Positions 37,061-49,944 of a DNA stretch of 64,000 nucleotides are shown here, one piece after another (within the stretch, counting starts at the first letter, position 1; each line of letters starts with the position of its first letter). The position numbers were made by a program, and so were the translations under genes. This DNA comes from Raillietiella orientalis (lineage: Eukaryota): assembly GCA_036172245.1 (NCBI GenBank), contig JAYWIR010000040.1, positions 1,364,001-1,428,000 on the forward strand, read 5' to 3'. Under the pieces are notes generated by a model that had not been told where the DNA came from, searched no databases, and worked only from the letters and a program-made list of their open reading frames with translations.

Positions 37061-39602
37061 ATGATGTGTTTATCAGTTTTTTTATTGCACGCTCTTTTCA
37101 CAGGTTTGTAAATTGCAAATTGTTTTAATATAACACCAGTTGTTGTAGTATGTGATGGTTATCTTGGGAAACTGTTGGGAATGTTCAGTACTTATCATCA
37201 TCAGGTTTCAGGAGAAGTTTATGCAATAGATGAATCTACTTTTTTTATTAAAGAATTTGTTTATGATGGAACCAGTTCTGGTGGGTGTAATTAGTTATAC
37301 TCTTCAGGTTGTATCTTTTGAAACTGTTTTCTTCTGGTCTTTTCTTGAGGAAGAAATGGGACTTTGGTATTTCTAATGGATAAGACCATAAAAGAGTAGG
37401 GAATGCTTCTTTGTTCTTTAGAATGTTATATTCCTTTCAGATGTTTACTTTTGGGCTGGATCAAGTAGTAGGCCTGGATCCAAAGGCTTCATCATTCCTA
37501 ATGAATATGGCAGGTAGGCAAGGCTGCTCACTATTGCATGAAACAAGGGTAATTAGAAGATGGGGTTACGAAGTGTTGTATTCAAAGATGAATCATTTCC
37601 TTTCAGAACAAATGTTCTTGAACGATATCTCCTCAAGAACATCACTATCAAGCTGCCTGGAAACAGAAAGATCTCACAACTGAGATGGCTATCTGTGTTT
37701 GATCTTACGCTTCAAGAATCCTTTGGAGATATTTACATTCCAGAAGGATTTGAACCTCCACATGCCCAGGTCTTGGGTGAATTTGTCTCCAAAGGACAGT
37801 CTGCTGCTGTTCGCTCAAATCCTTTAATTGCTCTGAACTCACGTACTCTGTACATACCTAATTTTTACCTTTCTGGTCAGCATGACTCCGTGTTCTTCAG
37901 AGTAGGAGAAGGATATCACCCTTCATCCCAGGGATGGACAGTCCCTGATGAAGAGGGATAGTGGGTATTTTTGAAAGTGGGAATGAGTAATTTTTTTCCA
38001 GTATTGATGCTTTACATCCTTATCATGGGAAGAACATCACTCTGGAACTGCCTGGTTCTTTGAGTTTGTTTAGTGTTGACTGGTTTGCAATCTATGATAT
38101 GAAAGCTGATCATGCACTAGGATTTGTGCGTTTGTCCAAAGAATTGAATGTACCTCCTTCACTGGTGCATATGGTGGTGAGTGGAAACAGCAGCTAAGTG
38201 GTGATTTCAGGTTTGCATAGGTACACCACAGCAAGTTACCACAATGTCAGCCCCTGCACCGCAGGTTACAAGTGAATTGGGAATATTTTGGTCCATCAGT
38301 TACTTTTGAGCTAAATGCACAGTTAGAAGATGAAGAATATGTGGCATTTGGTTTCAGTGGCTCTCAGAATTCTAGTTCCATGATTGGTGGAGATGCTGTG
38401 GTGGCCTACTTCCAGGGTTCTATTGCACGTGCTGTGGATTACAAGTTGGCTGCAAAGATGCCGGTTTGAGTTTTCACATGTGTGTTTTAACCTGTAGATA
38501 GTGTGTCAGTATTTTGGGAAAGTATCATGGTTCCTGTCCAGATCAACTGTTGGGAGGGTTGCAGGATTATCAGGTAATGATGTCTGAACGAAAAGATGGA
38601 CTCACCATCATCACATTACGTCGATTCTTGCAATCTGGTAGGTTTCAGTTTGAAGATTGCTGAGGAGTAAATGTGTTTTTAGCTGATCCAGAGGATGCAG
38701 TCATACAGATCGAGAGCCCCATGTATGTCATTTGGGCATTAGGACAGCTAAACCATCAAGGACAACCAGCAATTCATTTTCTGTATCCAAGGCAAGATGT
38801 TTTGCTGCATTTGGGACGACTTCCGTCAAGGAAAGATTGCTTAGAATTTACAACACATAAGAAGGAAGATGTGGAACCGTGGGAACGTTTCATTCTTTCT
38901 GATCCCAAGCTAAAGGATTTCATTGTAAATCTTGGTCCTCCTGGAGGGAAAAAGGGATATCAAGCCCAGACAGGTTTTTTTTTCATATGGCGTGATATCG
39001 TTGATGAACGCAGTGTTTTAGGAATGCCTCCTTCCCCATTGGTGTGGTACGTGAATGGTCTGTTAGCCCCAGAATTATATCTTCAGCGTGATAAAACGTA
39101 TCGTTTTCTCATTCATGGTGGAAACAACCCTCACCACCCTGATCATTATCACCCGTTTGTGATTAGCGATGATCCCACCGGTGCTTATCACCAGCTGCCG
39201 CAAGAACAGAAGAAGCATGTTCGTGTTTTGGCAGGAGTGGAATTTTCTCGTAGGGGTGTTCCCCAGCCAATTGCATCGGGTCAGTTCTGCAAGTGGACTC
39301 CAACCAGCGATTTGGATTTTCGTTTGGCTGACCAGTTTCCCTCATTTCAAAAGTTCCGAAATTCTCTTAAGCTTATTTGTGATTCCGAAGGTGAACCAGG
39401 CATACTCCATGTGACCCCAAATAGTACTTGGCCAGACTCTGTTTATTACAGTAGTTACATTCAACCTGATATGGGGAATGTTATTCACATCGTAGGTCAT
39501 TTAAAAACAGGGAACTCTGCCTCTTTGTTCGGTCCATGTAGGTTCTTGTATGTCCTCATCATTATGCTTTCGTGTGGATTGGTGTTCAGGCAACCCATCT
39601 AG
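37061..39602 (+). CDS. Skeletor: Skeletor/knickkopf-family secreted protein (2x DM13 + DOMON, hydrophobic GPI-like tail)
   Basis: About 9 exons (37061-37103, 37140-37280, 37441-37513, 37607-37960, 38002-38176, 38221-38463, 38502-38637, 38683-38973, 39022-39602; some ends approximate). Motifs HQVSGEVYAID..F..YDG, DVYFWAG, LRWLSVFD, YVAFGFSGS, WYVNGLLAPELYL.R..TY.F..HGG, YHPF.ISDDP.G. Confidence 0.9.
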
Positions 39603-40037
39603 CGAAATTCAGGTACTCACATCGAAATGGAACAACCTTCGAAATGCAAAGTTTCAGAGTTACAAGTACATTGACGTTTGAAATTTGATGAAAAATCCTG
39701 GGATTACCAGGGAAAGCTGCTCAGTTATCTTCTTTATGTTCAAAAGTTGTAAGTTCATATGTGGAATACGGGAGGGACCTTTCGGTATTGGATTTAGTGA
39801 CGACCCATCGAGTGTGGAAATAAATTGTATTTATTCAGAAAGAAGTGCTTTCTGTTGTGCCTATTGTCAGTTGGCTTTGGGCGATAGCAAAATCTGTGAC
39901 CGAAAGTTTGCATGACTCCTAGTTCATTCTCTTTACGAGCACTGGACTGTTCCTGAAACCTTTCAGATTCCTCTAAGCTTTAACTGGTAGCTGTTTGGCC
40001 AACTGTCACTTTAAAAAAAAAAATACGTACACTTCAT

Positions 40038-41050
40038 TTACAAGCAGTTTCTCTGAATGTTAATGTGAATCAAAGCTATTCCATTCTTGCGGCCTTGTGC
40101 CTCTGGCAAGGAGAAGGAAAGGCAACGGTATTTTCGTTCCAGTCTGGATTTCTCCATCTGAACAAAGCCCAGCTCGATTTCAGAAAAGGCATGCCCATAG
40201 GCATACACGACTAATACATGCTTAAGGTGTGTCGAAACTGTTGGGGACTCGAGTATCACTTGAGTTTGCAACGCCACAATGATAAACGAGGGTAGTTGCA
40301 ACAGTTTATTGCAGCAGACTCCCAAGTACAGTGTAAGTTGTTGTGCCGGTTCTTTCTGACCATCTTTTGCGACCAAGAATTCATTTCACCCAAGCTCTGC
40401 TAAGCTGCCGTTGGGATTTAAACCTTCAAAAGCAGTAATTCGTCTTCGGCCATTTTCATTGTCCGCAACTTGACAAATGGACCTCGGAGATGCAGGCACT
40501 TGCGGTGCAATTCCTGTCTGCTGCCGAAAGCAATGCACAAGTAATTCCGTGAAAGTAGAACCAGCAAGCTCTCAAATTCGTGAATGTAAGGCTTCAAATA
40601 AAACCCTCTGCATTCCCAGCAATAAAAAGAAATGTGCCCTGTTGGCGAAGATACCATTCACAGCCGCCGCAGTTGACGCAGAATTTCTGTAAGCTCCGCA
40701 AAATCCGTCAAATCTGGAAATTTTTTATTGTAGGAATAGATTACACTGCTGTCTACAACAGAATGTGCTTTCCAAGCTTTTTTTTGGTTGCCTCATCAAT
40801 AAATCATAACTCTTAAGAACTCTCGAAGAGTCACTCCGACAGTTCATGGAGTCCACGAGTGTGCAATCCGATGTGCCTGTTACATTTCTGTATTGCCTAT
40901 TGCAAGATCCGGCTTCTTCGTAGTCTATGGCTGCCCATTGACAAGGAACCCATTTGTGATCAAGGAGCAATAGTCGAGAGATATGACTTCATGGTTAACC
41001 GTCTAAACTGGAGGACCAGATGGACATGTGATAAAAGAAGACATCTGGAA
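40038..41050 (-). mobile_element. Degenerate non-LTR (LINE, RTE-like) reverse-transcriptase remnant
   Basis: Decayed RT motifs in colinear order on -: AAIDYEEA (resembles FIDYEKAFD), ECRGFYLKPYI (resembles GVRQGCILSPYL), AEDELLL (resembles ADDLVL), TLYLGV (resembles FKYLG). Frameshifts and stops throughout. Confidence 0.55.
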
Positions 41051-41749
41051 CAACAGTGTCTTGCATGACTAGCGATGATCACGCAAGACACGAGACCACC
41101 AAGTTTTGGGGGATCTGTCCAAGAAAACGCACCTCGAAGAATCTAGAAACCAAGATAGGGCGAGTGCGCTCTGAAAACACGAATGTTAATAACTCAGTCA
41201 TTCTTGGGTACACCCGCAAGACTACATAGCTTTTAAATAAGCATGGTTTCATTTTCGCTCTCTCTTAGCATGATCTTTTTTCATTTTACCATGGGATTTC
41301 CGGAAAGAAAATGCGCAGTTGAGTATGTGATGAGGATTTTAAGAAATTTTATAGGAACTGAGCATGCGCAGTTTGGATACGGTTGTTGGCAATACTGCTG
41401 CTGAAGGTCGGGGACTCTGGCCTCTGCAATAGATATTGTAAGAGTTCTTACTGTGGAAATAAAAAAAAAAAAATCCACTCTATCCCAGAAATTTATAGGT
41501 CCATTCATTACGATATAGGTTCTTGCTTCATACCTACTCGTTTTTGTCATTTAGGGTAAACAGGAAACAATTCTTGCAGACCCCAAATCAACATCTAATT
41601 GTCATCAGATATGGTTTCGTTGAGTTTTCAGACTCGAAAACGTATCTTCAAGTGCTGGCTGAGACACCAATGTCTTTCACCCATCATAAGAAATTCAGTA
41701 AGGCGAAAAGTTCAGCAAGATAGCGTTACGTCGTGTACTTTTCGATTCG

Positions 41750-42100
41750 ATAACTCGAAACTCATGTTGCTACAGCACCGGAAGCCCACTTGAGTCTAAG
41801 GCGTTTGATTCGGCATCTAAGAAACTACCTAGACACAGTGAAAACTCGAATCGGGAATGGAGGAGGGGTTGCCACAGAAACCGCTTGTCTGGGCGCGTGT
41901 TCCCTTCGGCTGCTGAGTGATCGTCTGGACGCAGTATATTACAGAATCGGTAACCGAGTGTGGGCGATGCAGCAAAGTGTGGGCAAATGTGGCTTTCATT
42001 TTTTTCCTTGCATGATTCGGTACTTGGGGAACAACCGCTAAGCGTGGGTCCCATGTCAATCTTGGTGACCGTACGTCGTCATCTAAGCAGAAACGGCGCA
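41750..42100 (+). mobile_element. Degenerate LINE APE-endonuclease fragment, opposite in orientation to the adjacent RT remnant
   Basis: RIGNGGGVA...LLSDRLDAVYYRIGNRVWAM resembles the RTE endonuclease GxGVAI...SDRLM..K..IG pattern. Confidence 0.4.
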
Positions 42101-44911
42101 CGTATTCAAGAGTTTCCACCTGTGGGTGCCTCGCTCACTCGGACAGAGTTTTTTTCCGCTTGACGCCGAAGAAAATGCGACTGGAAAAGTGATTCCATCT
42201 TCTCCACACGGTAATCCAAAATACTTTTCTCTGTAAGCTGATAGTTTGCGAGGGAAAATCAAGATGTCATGTAATGTCCAAGCATTTTGAGAATCTTCCA
42301 TACTTGCGTGGGAGTGACTATAAAATCACTCGATTTTCACTGAACTGAGTATGATTCACTTTCATGCGGGGACTCATAGAATGCTGACTTGGATGATGAA
42401 GCGAAAGAGAAACCTATGTTACGGTTTTTGTCCGTGAATAAGGGCGACGAATTTGGAGCATGTCAAGTAGTGAATAAAGTGGACAGTGGTTTCGAAACAA
42501 TCCGGTACGCAGTAGAGTGTCGGTGAAGAGATTGACAAGGAAACAGGCATGAGGCTAAAAGAGAGTCTTGAGTTTGAAGACCAACTTGAAGTTGACAAAA
42601 ACCAGTCCGTGCCATGGACTTGTTAGTCTCGATGATGGCCAAATTAGTGTTTTTAATAGATACTTCCGGTACTTCTGAACAGGGTTTCTGGTCGACCGGA
42701 TGATCTTCGTATCACATCTGGTGTGGAGCAAAGACTCTTGGATAGCTGCAGGCACACCATCCAAGCTTCTCACTGAGTTTTTTTTTGTATTGTGTGAGCT
42801 TCGGAATGAAAGGCTCCCGGACGTTTGCTTGGCACATAAAGGGGTGAGCAGCCACCGCAGCATTCGCGATGATCTCTCTCCCTTGTGTGCCTTTTAGACA
42901 GATGCCTGTTTCGGCAAAAGAGAGTCGATCAGAGAGTAAGTGGACGGCATCCGCAATTCGTGCGCAGTCAAGTCTTTTGATGCACTCTGAGACAGGTTTT
43001 GCTAATACCGTGGTTCCGAATGAAATTCATTTTTGAGTTGATAATCCCTACTTTGGGTCGCGGCGTTCTTCATGGACTCATCCGCGACTTTGATGTCTTT
43101 TTCCAAAACAGCTGAATTTTTTGCCGTGGTTGCATACCTCGCAGCTGCCGTAGCTGCGGACATTGCCGTCGGCTCTGTGGTCCAGGCCTTTTTCGCTGTC
43201 CAAGTGGTTTTCGGCAATCTGAGTATCGTCACGTTGCTGCCGTGCACGTTGCTGCATTCTCCATACTGTACTGCACTGCATCCGTGGTGGATGGTGGTGG
43301 CTGTGTGGTCATCGGCTGGAAACTGCCTTGAAAGCGATGTTTCCCTGGCGCTTGGAAACCTGAAACACATTCAAAATGGCGGTATCTCAGGTCATTTGGC
43401 GAAGTACCGTCCAAAGTTTTCCGGTGGCAGTAATCGCATTTCTTTGCATCTCATGAGTTGTAACGATGCCGCCTCTCAGGTCATCCATCCTGTCAATGAG
43501 GCTGATTTCATTTAATTTCAGCTTTTACTACCGAAACGCCATTGCAGCAAGACTTTGGCAAAGAATTGCTGCTGATAAACTGGTGCAACAAATATGGTAA
43601 AAGATACAGCAATTTGAGAAGGAAAGTTATGGAAAATCGACTCCTTGAATTTAGCTGAGAGTTTAAACTAAAAAAAAGTGTTGGAAAGTAGCTGAAGCGT
43701 ATAGTAAGGACCGATGTCTATTTTGTGAGCTTAATGAGCCGCACTCGTGGTTGTCGCTCCAGGATGTTTCAGTGTTTATTTATTTATTTCCATCTGCAGT
43801 TGGTTTTGGTTTATACCCTTGGAACTTGGTTTATTCTGTAATTGCTTTAGAAGTCAGCAAAGAATTTAGATGAATTCAGGGATTTATTTCCACATGTCAG
43901 AGACCTGGGATTCCGTTTTCATGGAGAAACATTCCGATCAAGTCTTCGGTGATGGTGCCTTTCGAAAAACGAACGTATACGTCAAACAGTGGCTGTACGA
44001 CGGGGAGGGGGGGGGGGGGGTAAAAACGCGTACAAAAACAACGCAGTTTGTAAAGGAACACAAATACATGTGCGGGGCAAACTTTAAATTGCTGCTTTGA
44101 ATCCGCTCAAGAAACTCAGGGTGAAAGACACCTCGATATTCTTTCATCGATAAATTACAGCATTGCAATCTAACGAGCATCATCCCGCATAATTTCGTAC
44201 GGCCATTGCTATTACCAACTACAAAGTTTTGCACGGCCGTACGAAATGATGCAAAATATTATCCGAAAATGTTACCACGGCCGCCTGGATGGGAATCCGG
44301 CTGTCCGTGCTGCTGCCCCACCCCATTATCATGATGCTGCCTCGCTTAGCTCAGGCATATGCATTTAGCATCCATCTCAAAATCTTGGGTCTCGACCCTG
44401 CACAGTTACGCCGCAGAGTGAAACTTAGAATGCACCCCCAAACGAAAAGTTTGTAATGGGTTTGAACACAACTGGTCGAGAAATGGCTTCAGCGTCGAGA
44501 AAAGTGGAACTCAATCCGGCCCTTTTCAATGGCAATACACGGAACCAACGGCATTTGCATTAAAAAAGAATCGTAAAAACCTCATTCTCTAGGTTTAGAA
44601 ATTCCTTTGATATAATTTTCACATAATGCGATTCATATGTTTTTCTTTTTGTACAAACTTCAAAACTGAAGAATACAATTTACATGAAGTTCTTGAATTT
44701 TGGGCACATAAATTTCGTATGCATTCATTGGGAGCGGATATTCTGGGGAAGCAAGAAATTCACGAGTATGCAATGAGCAATCACAATTGCCGGAGGTAAA
44801 CCGTAAAATCACACTCATATGAAGTTTCTTGATCCTACTCTTATGTAGCACTGCATTAAAAAATATTCGAATCCTCTTGTCAAAACTGTAATCAATAACA
44901 CTGAAATTTCA

Positions 44912-47900
44912 TTATACTAAGTGGAAGCCTTCACTGTTCTCAATGGATTGCAGCAGTTTAGAGCGCAAAGTTTTTTTGCTTCTGTATTGGGGCAAATCTA
45001 GGACATTGAAGCAAGTGTGAGCTGCAGGAAGATAGTCCTGCCCTCCTCCTACAGACTGAATAGTGATCTGGAATAGCAAACTCAACTTTTTGTAAACAAT
45101 AAATAAAAGTTTACTTTCAATGCTTTCATTCCTAGGATGGGCACACGATCACTCCCAGTGAGAAATAGAAGAAATTTTTTCTTCTGTTCATTGCTCAACT
45201 CATGGAACACTTCCCAAAATAATTGGATGGTGGGATGATCCTTATGGTAGCCATTTTTATATTCAGCCAGCTAACATACATTGATAGTGAATGTACTAGT
45301 CACTCACCCTTTGCATCTCTTCCCAATCATAATTCTCATTGCCTACTACCATGTTCATCAATTCCTTGGGTTGGAAGAGACGAAGAAATGGACCACCACA
45401 TACTTTGTGGAATCCTGCATGAAATGCATCATACTGACGTTTTATGGAGTCATTGAAAATCCAGTGGACGTACAAATCCACATACTCTTCCTTGTTATCC
45501 TGAGTTACAGGGATCTGTCTGCCTTTATCTTTGAGAGGCTGTGTTTGCACCTCCCCATACACATCACAACTAATCTCAAAATTTAAATCAAAGACTTCCT
45601 GCAGATCTGATTCTTGATACTGCAGTAATGTCTGTAAACTATTGGCTAGCACTGGAGAAAGTTCAGCTAGATCTTGTAGTGTAGTTGGTTGACCTAGCAA
45701 CTTTTTGTACAGTGCCAAAGGGAATGGAAGTGCAATGATGGTGGCATTGTAAATGGCCAAACCACAGAGTATTCCTACACAACATAACAGAATGGTAAAC
45801 TGCTGACTTACCAATCAAATAATACATTCCTTCTTCCTCAAAAGAATTCTCATTGAACCAAATACAATAACTGTCTTCATATTCTTTAAACATGCCATAC
45901 TTGGGATCCAGAATCTCACGTATGAGTAGAAGAAAAAATTCTTTACGCACTCCTCCCACATCCATGGCCTCTTCATCTTTAAACATAATCTTTAAAGGTT
46001 TTTTCAAATTTCCATGTGGTTGTTGAGACAATTGCTGCAAAGTATCCTCCACAATAAAGTTTCGGCGAACTAGCAACACAAGAAATTGATGACTAGAATC
46101 AAAAGTATGTGTAGTCCACATGTTCAGTAGACTCTGCTCCATAGCTTCTTCCATGGCATTTTGCATCTGCAATAAGGCATCAGTCTGCAAGAGCAGTGTT
46201 TTAGCCTGCACATCAAACACAAAGGGATAATTGCAGAAATAGAAACGTCCTGGCTGCTTCTGTAGTACCCAACTAGTATACTCCAAACGAATGTTGATTC
46301 GTTCAGTTATTTCAGGGATATAAAAAGTCTCATAGGGAACCTTCAGTTGACCTTCCTGATTGAGAACATTTAATCTGGAGAGAAATTGCAGACAAAGTTC
46401 CAAATCCTCTGAATGCTTGAAATGGAATGAAGAAACTGGCTCGGAGACCTCTTGATACCTGGGATGGTGACAAAGCCAGCAGATGTGTAATAGCACGCTT
46501 GTAACAAGTTATAAGCCGCAAAAAGAATTCCACATCCTGGATCCTCCACCATCGGCCTATAAGCCAGATGGCTTCCATCAAGGATATCCTGTGGTTAGAG
46601 GACACCCACCAATAACTTTCCATGCCTCCTCAGCAAGGCTGAGAATCTTCTGAGCAAACTGTTTCTGCAAGAGTGGATAATTGGCTGGAAGCCCAAAAGG
46701 ATGGTACCAGGGAATCAGCAAATACAATCGCAGAGCCTCTACATCTGGTGGGTCTGATGGTAATCTTGGGAGTAATCTCTCTCCCAAGCAAGATGATATC
46801 AAGTCTAAGAGTGAATTATTTCTACAGCGACTTATGTACAGGAAGCCTTGGGCTACAGCTTTGGCATCCACTCCTGAATTATTACTGCTGCAAGGATAAT
46901 GTGAAGCATTGGGCAGCAGGAAAGAACAATTCAGACATTCCGCTGAACTGAACACTACTTCCAGAAAATGCAAAAACTCTTCAGGCACAGGATCATATTC
47001 TCCCAACATTGCTACACTTTCAAGTCTTGACGCAGTTAAGCTCAAAATTTTTGGAAGATAATTTTCATGACGAAAATCCACTAAACCCTCAGTGTTATTC
47101 TAAACAGGGATATGGATAAGGAATCAATTAACTAAAATACCTCTGATGTGATGAGAGCAAAGCTCTGATGTCCCCCACTGTGAATAGTATGAACACGAAC
47201 ATTATTTTCGATGTCAGGTCCATTGAACTGATAGGCAGTTTGCCATGGACCCAAAACTAACGTAGGTGTGGTGAAATTTTCAGTCACTTGTGTACCCAAT
47301 TGACCAGAACTTCCCAATCCGAAGGCATACAATTTGTTTTTGAAAGGTACATGGGCTAGTGTGTGATAGGAGCCACATGCAAGCTGTGTTACTGTACTGC
47401 CCATCAATTCCATGATACAACGTGGCACAATTTCATTTGCAATTGATCCATGCCCTAATTGTCCATATGTTCCTGCTCCAAATGTAAAGACACCTCCATC
47501 CTTAATAAAAGTAGAGAGTTCTTATAGAATGTGCTTACCTGAGTCAAACAGGCAGTATGTTCTGTCCCACAACAAATGTACACTACCCTTTGGTTGCGCA
47601 GCATTTTCAGTAGGCAAGGATAACTTCTATCTTTCTGATCATTGAGACCCAACTGACCAAATGTATTTCTACCCCAGGAGAAAACTGCACCTGAAGAAAA
47701 CAAATCCAACAATCATGCCAATTAATGATGATTCATTTCCTACCAGATAGACTTAATGCAATGCTGTGATTTCCTCCAGTTGCTATCTGAGCAATAGGCA
47801 ACCCTTCTAAACTGGTGTTCTTGATAGGTTCTGGGATCCACACCTCAGATGTTCTTACACCGATTTGACCAAAATTGTTAGCACCCCAAGCATATAATTC

Positions 47901-48904
47901 TCCACCTGAAAATCAAAATGAAGGTACCCTCAAATGTACCAAATCCAGATATACTTACTATTAGTTAGAAGCAGACAATGATTTTCACCTGAAGCAAGCT
48001 GGATTACAACCTTACTATACATGTTTATCAATTTTGGTTTATTCACAACTTCTCTACGGCTCAGATTTAATCCTACATTTCAACTCAGTGGAAATGGAAT
48101 GAAACAACTTACCAAGTTGACCATGTGAGTTAGAACCCCATGAAAATACTTGACCCCATTTGTCTAGAGCAACTGTATGCTCTAGACCACATGAAGCATC
48201 AATGATTTCATAGGACTTCAGGTTAACAATCTGTTCTAATTGGAAATTTGACTTCATTAAGGAATAAATACACACATGTATGTATGCAAAAAGGTATTTA
48301 AATTAAGAGTATATAAGTCAGAACAGTAGCTAAAATTACAACTATCTTACCCAGAAAAAATTGCTTCATATTCAATGCATGTGAAAAGTAAAATTTACTA
48401 AAGAACTAAGCATTTATTTAAACTATGTATCAAAACCCTTTTTGGTGAAAAGCAATACCATGTAAATTTAAACCCAAAGCGATCATAATTTATCTATTGT
48501 AAAATTTGCAATGCAACTTGCTAGTGCAGCTTTTATGCCAACGTATGCCATTTATAAAGGACTTTACGAATCCTTCCAAACATTGCATGAAATTGTTTCC
48601 CATGTATTACCGGGTCTGCTTCTAGATTTATCTTGACCTAACTGACCAAAGTCATTTTTGCCAAAAGAAAACACTTCTCCACTTTTTGTGATTATCATCG
48701 TGTGATGCTCCCCACAACATACTACATAAAAAATAAAACAATATTGAAATAAAGGCTGTTCAATGGAACAGATATGTTACAACTTTTTTTAATGTCTAAA
48801 TTCAATGAAGACTTCATGATTCTAGGTGTTGGGATTATGTCCTCTTCAATCCCTCCAAGACCGAGTTCTCCATGTGTTGTACGACCCCAGCAAAACACAT
48901 GCAT
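44912..48904 (-). CDS. HERC4: HERC4-like E3 ubiquitin ligase (RCC1-like repeats + HECT)
   Basis: Start [21 protein letters not shown]1 repeats ([19 protein letters not shown]); HECT motifs [23 protein letters not shown] and catalytic [14 protein letters not shown]; ends [11 protein letters not shown]. About 12 exons, mostly short introns. Confidence 0.95.
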
Positions 48905-49881
48905 TTCTATTTATTCATTCATAATTTAATACAAAATCATTTTATTATGCAAATATGTACACAACAATTTTTCTTGGTAACAACGAAATAATTAAAGAAT
49001 ACACAAGGCTGCCAATCTGTGTCTTTTTCACGTATTTAATTTCAAATTTATCGCCTCTTCATTAAACTTCATCATCTCTCTTCTCTTTTCATTGACGTTA
49101 ATTTAAGTAGACTTTTCCTATTAAATCGTCGTTGTGAATTTATCATATTTTCTTAGGTGCTTTCCGAGCCTTTCAAGTCCAGTATTTTCTATAGCTAAAA
49201 TGATGGCAAATTGTTTTTATTTCTTGATACTCATGTCATTACAGCCAAACCTATTTTTTTATTACTTCGGACAGAACAATTTCATCTGTTTGCTCCTTAA
49301 ACCGCTACTTGAGGTATGGCTTTTTGAATTTTCCCTCTATTGTATTCAATACACAGCCGTCTATATTCTAGTATTGTAGTTAGCTCATAAAATATCTAAA
49401 GAACTTAAACGAAACTAGCTTTTTCTAGGTCCTCGATTATGATCCTACCATATTATGTACTACCCTTTCTAACAAATCATTTGTTATCTGTAAAAAAAAC
49501 ACATATTTCATTCTCTGGAGGAATGTTTTTTTTTTTTTTACGCCATGAAGGTGAACCAGAATCTTTTGAATGAAAGGATTATGCAGTACAAATCACGGGA
49601 ATACTACTATAATATTGATGCTTCCATAGAACAGAATTGAATAAGTATTTGTCTTCAATAGAATATTCTACGATTTTGATTGTTGCTTATAAATCTTTTT
49701 GATTTATTAATTGTCGTGAGCTTCCTTCCATTGTGCTTATTTCTGATATGATTCGCTAAACAAATATCAACATTTGTTTTCTTCTTTTGGTATTTTCGCG
49801 ATTGTGATCAAAAAAATTCTAACTAGGGTAGAGAATGGAATAGTCAACAGATCACAGCTAATGATGCATTGGCAGATACTG

Positions 49882-49944
49882 ATTTCACAGCACAATTTTA
49901 GTGCTGATATAGATTATATCAGCACTAAAATCGTGCACTGAAAT
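49882..49944. repeat. Near-perfect palindrome/hairpin
   Basis: 22-bp arms 49890-49911 and 49915-49936 with one mismatch and a 3-nt loop; outer atttca/tgaaat pairing extends it. Confidence 0.9.

Noticed and set aside
44338..44410. tRNA-like sequence (gcctcgcttagctcag...gggtctcgaccc)
   Set aside because: A-box-like start only; no valid cloverleaf or T-loop consensus.
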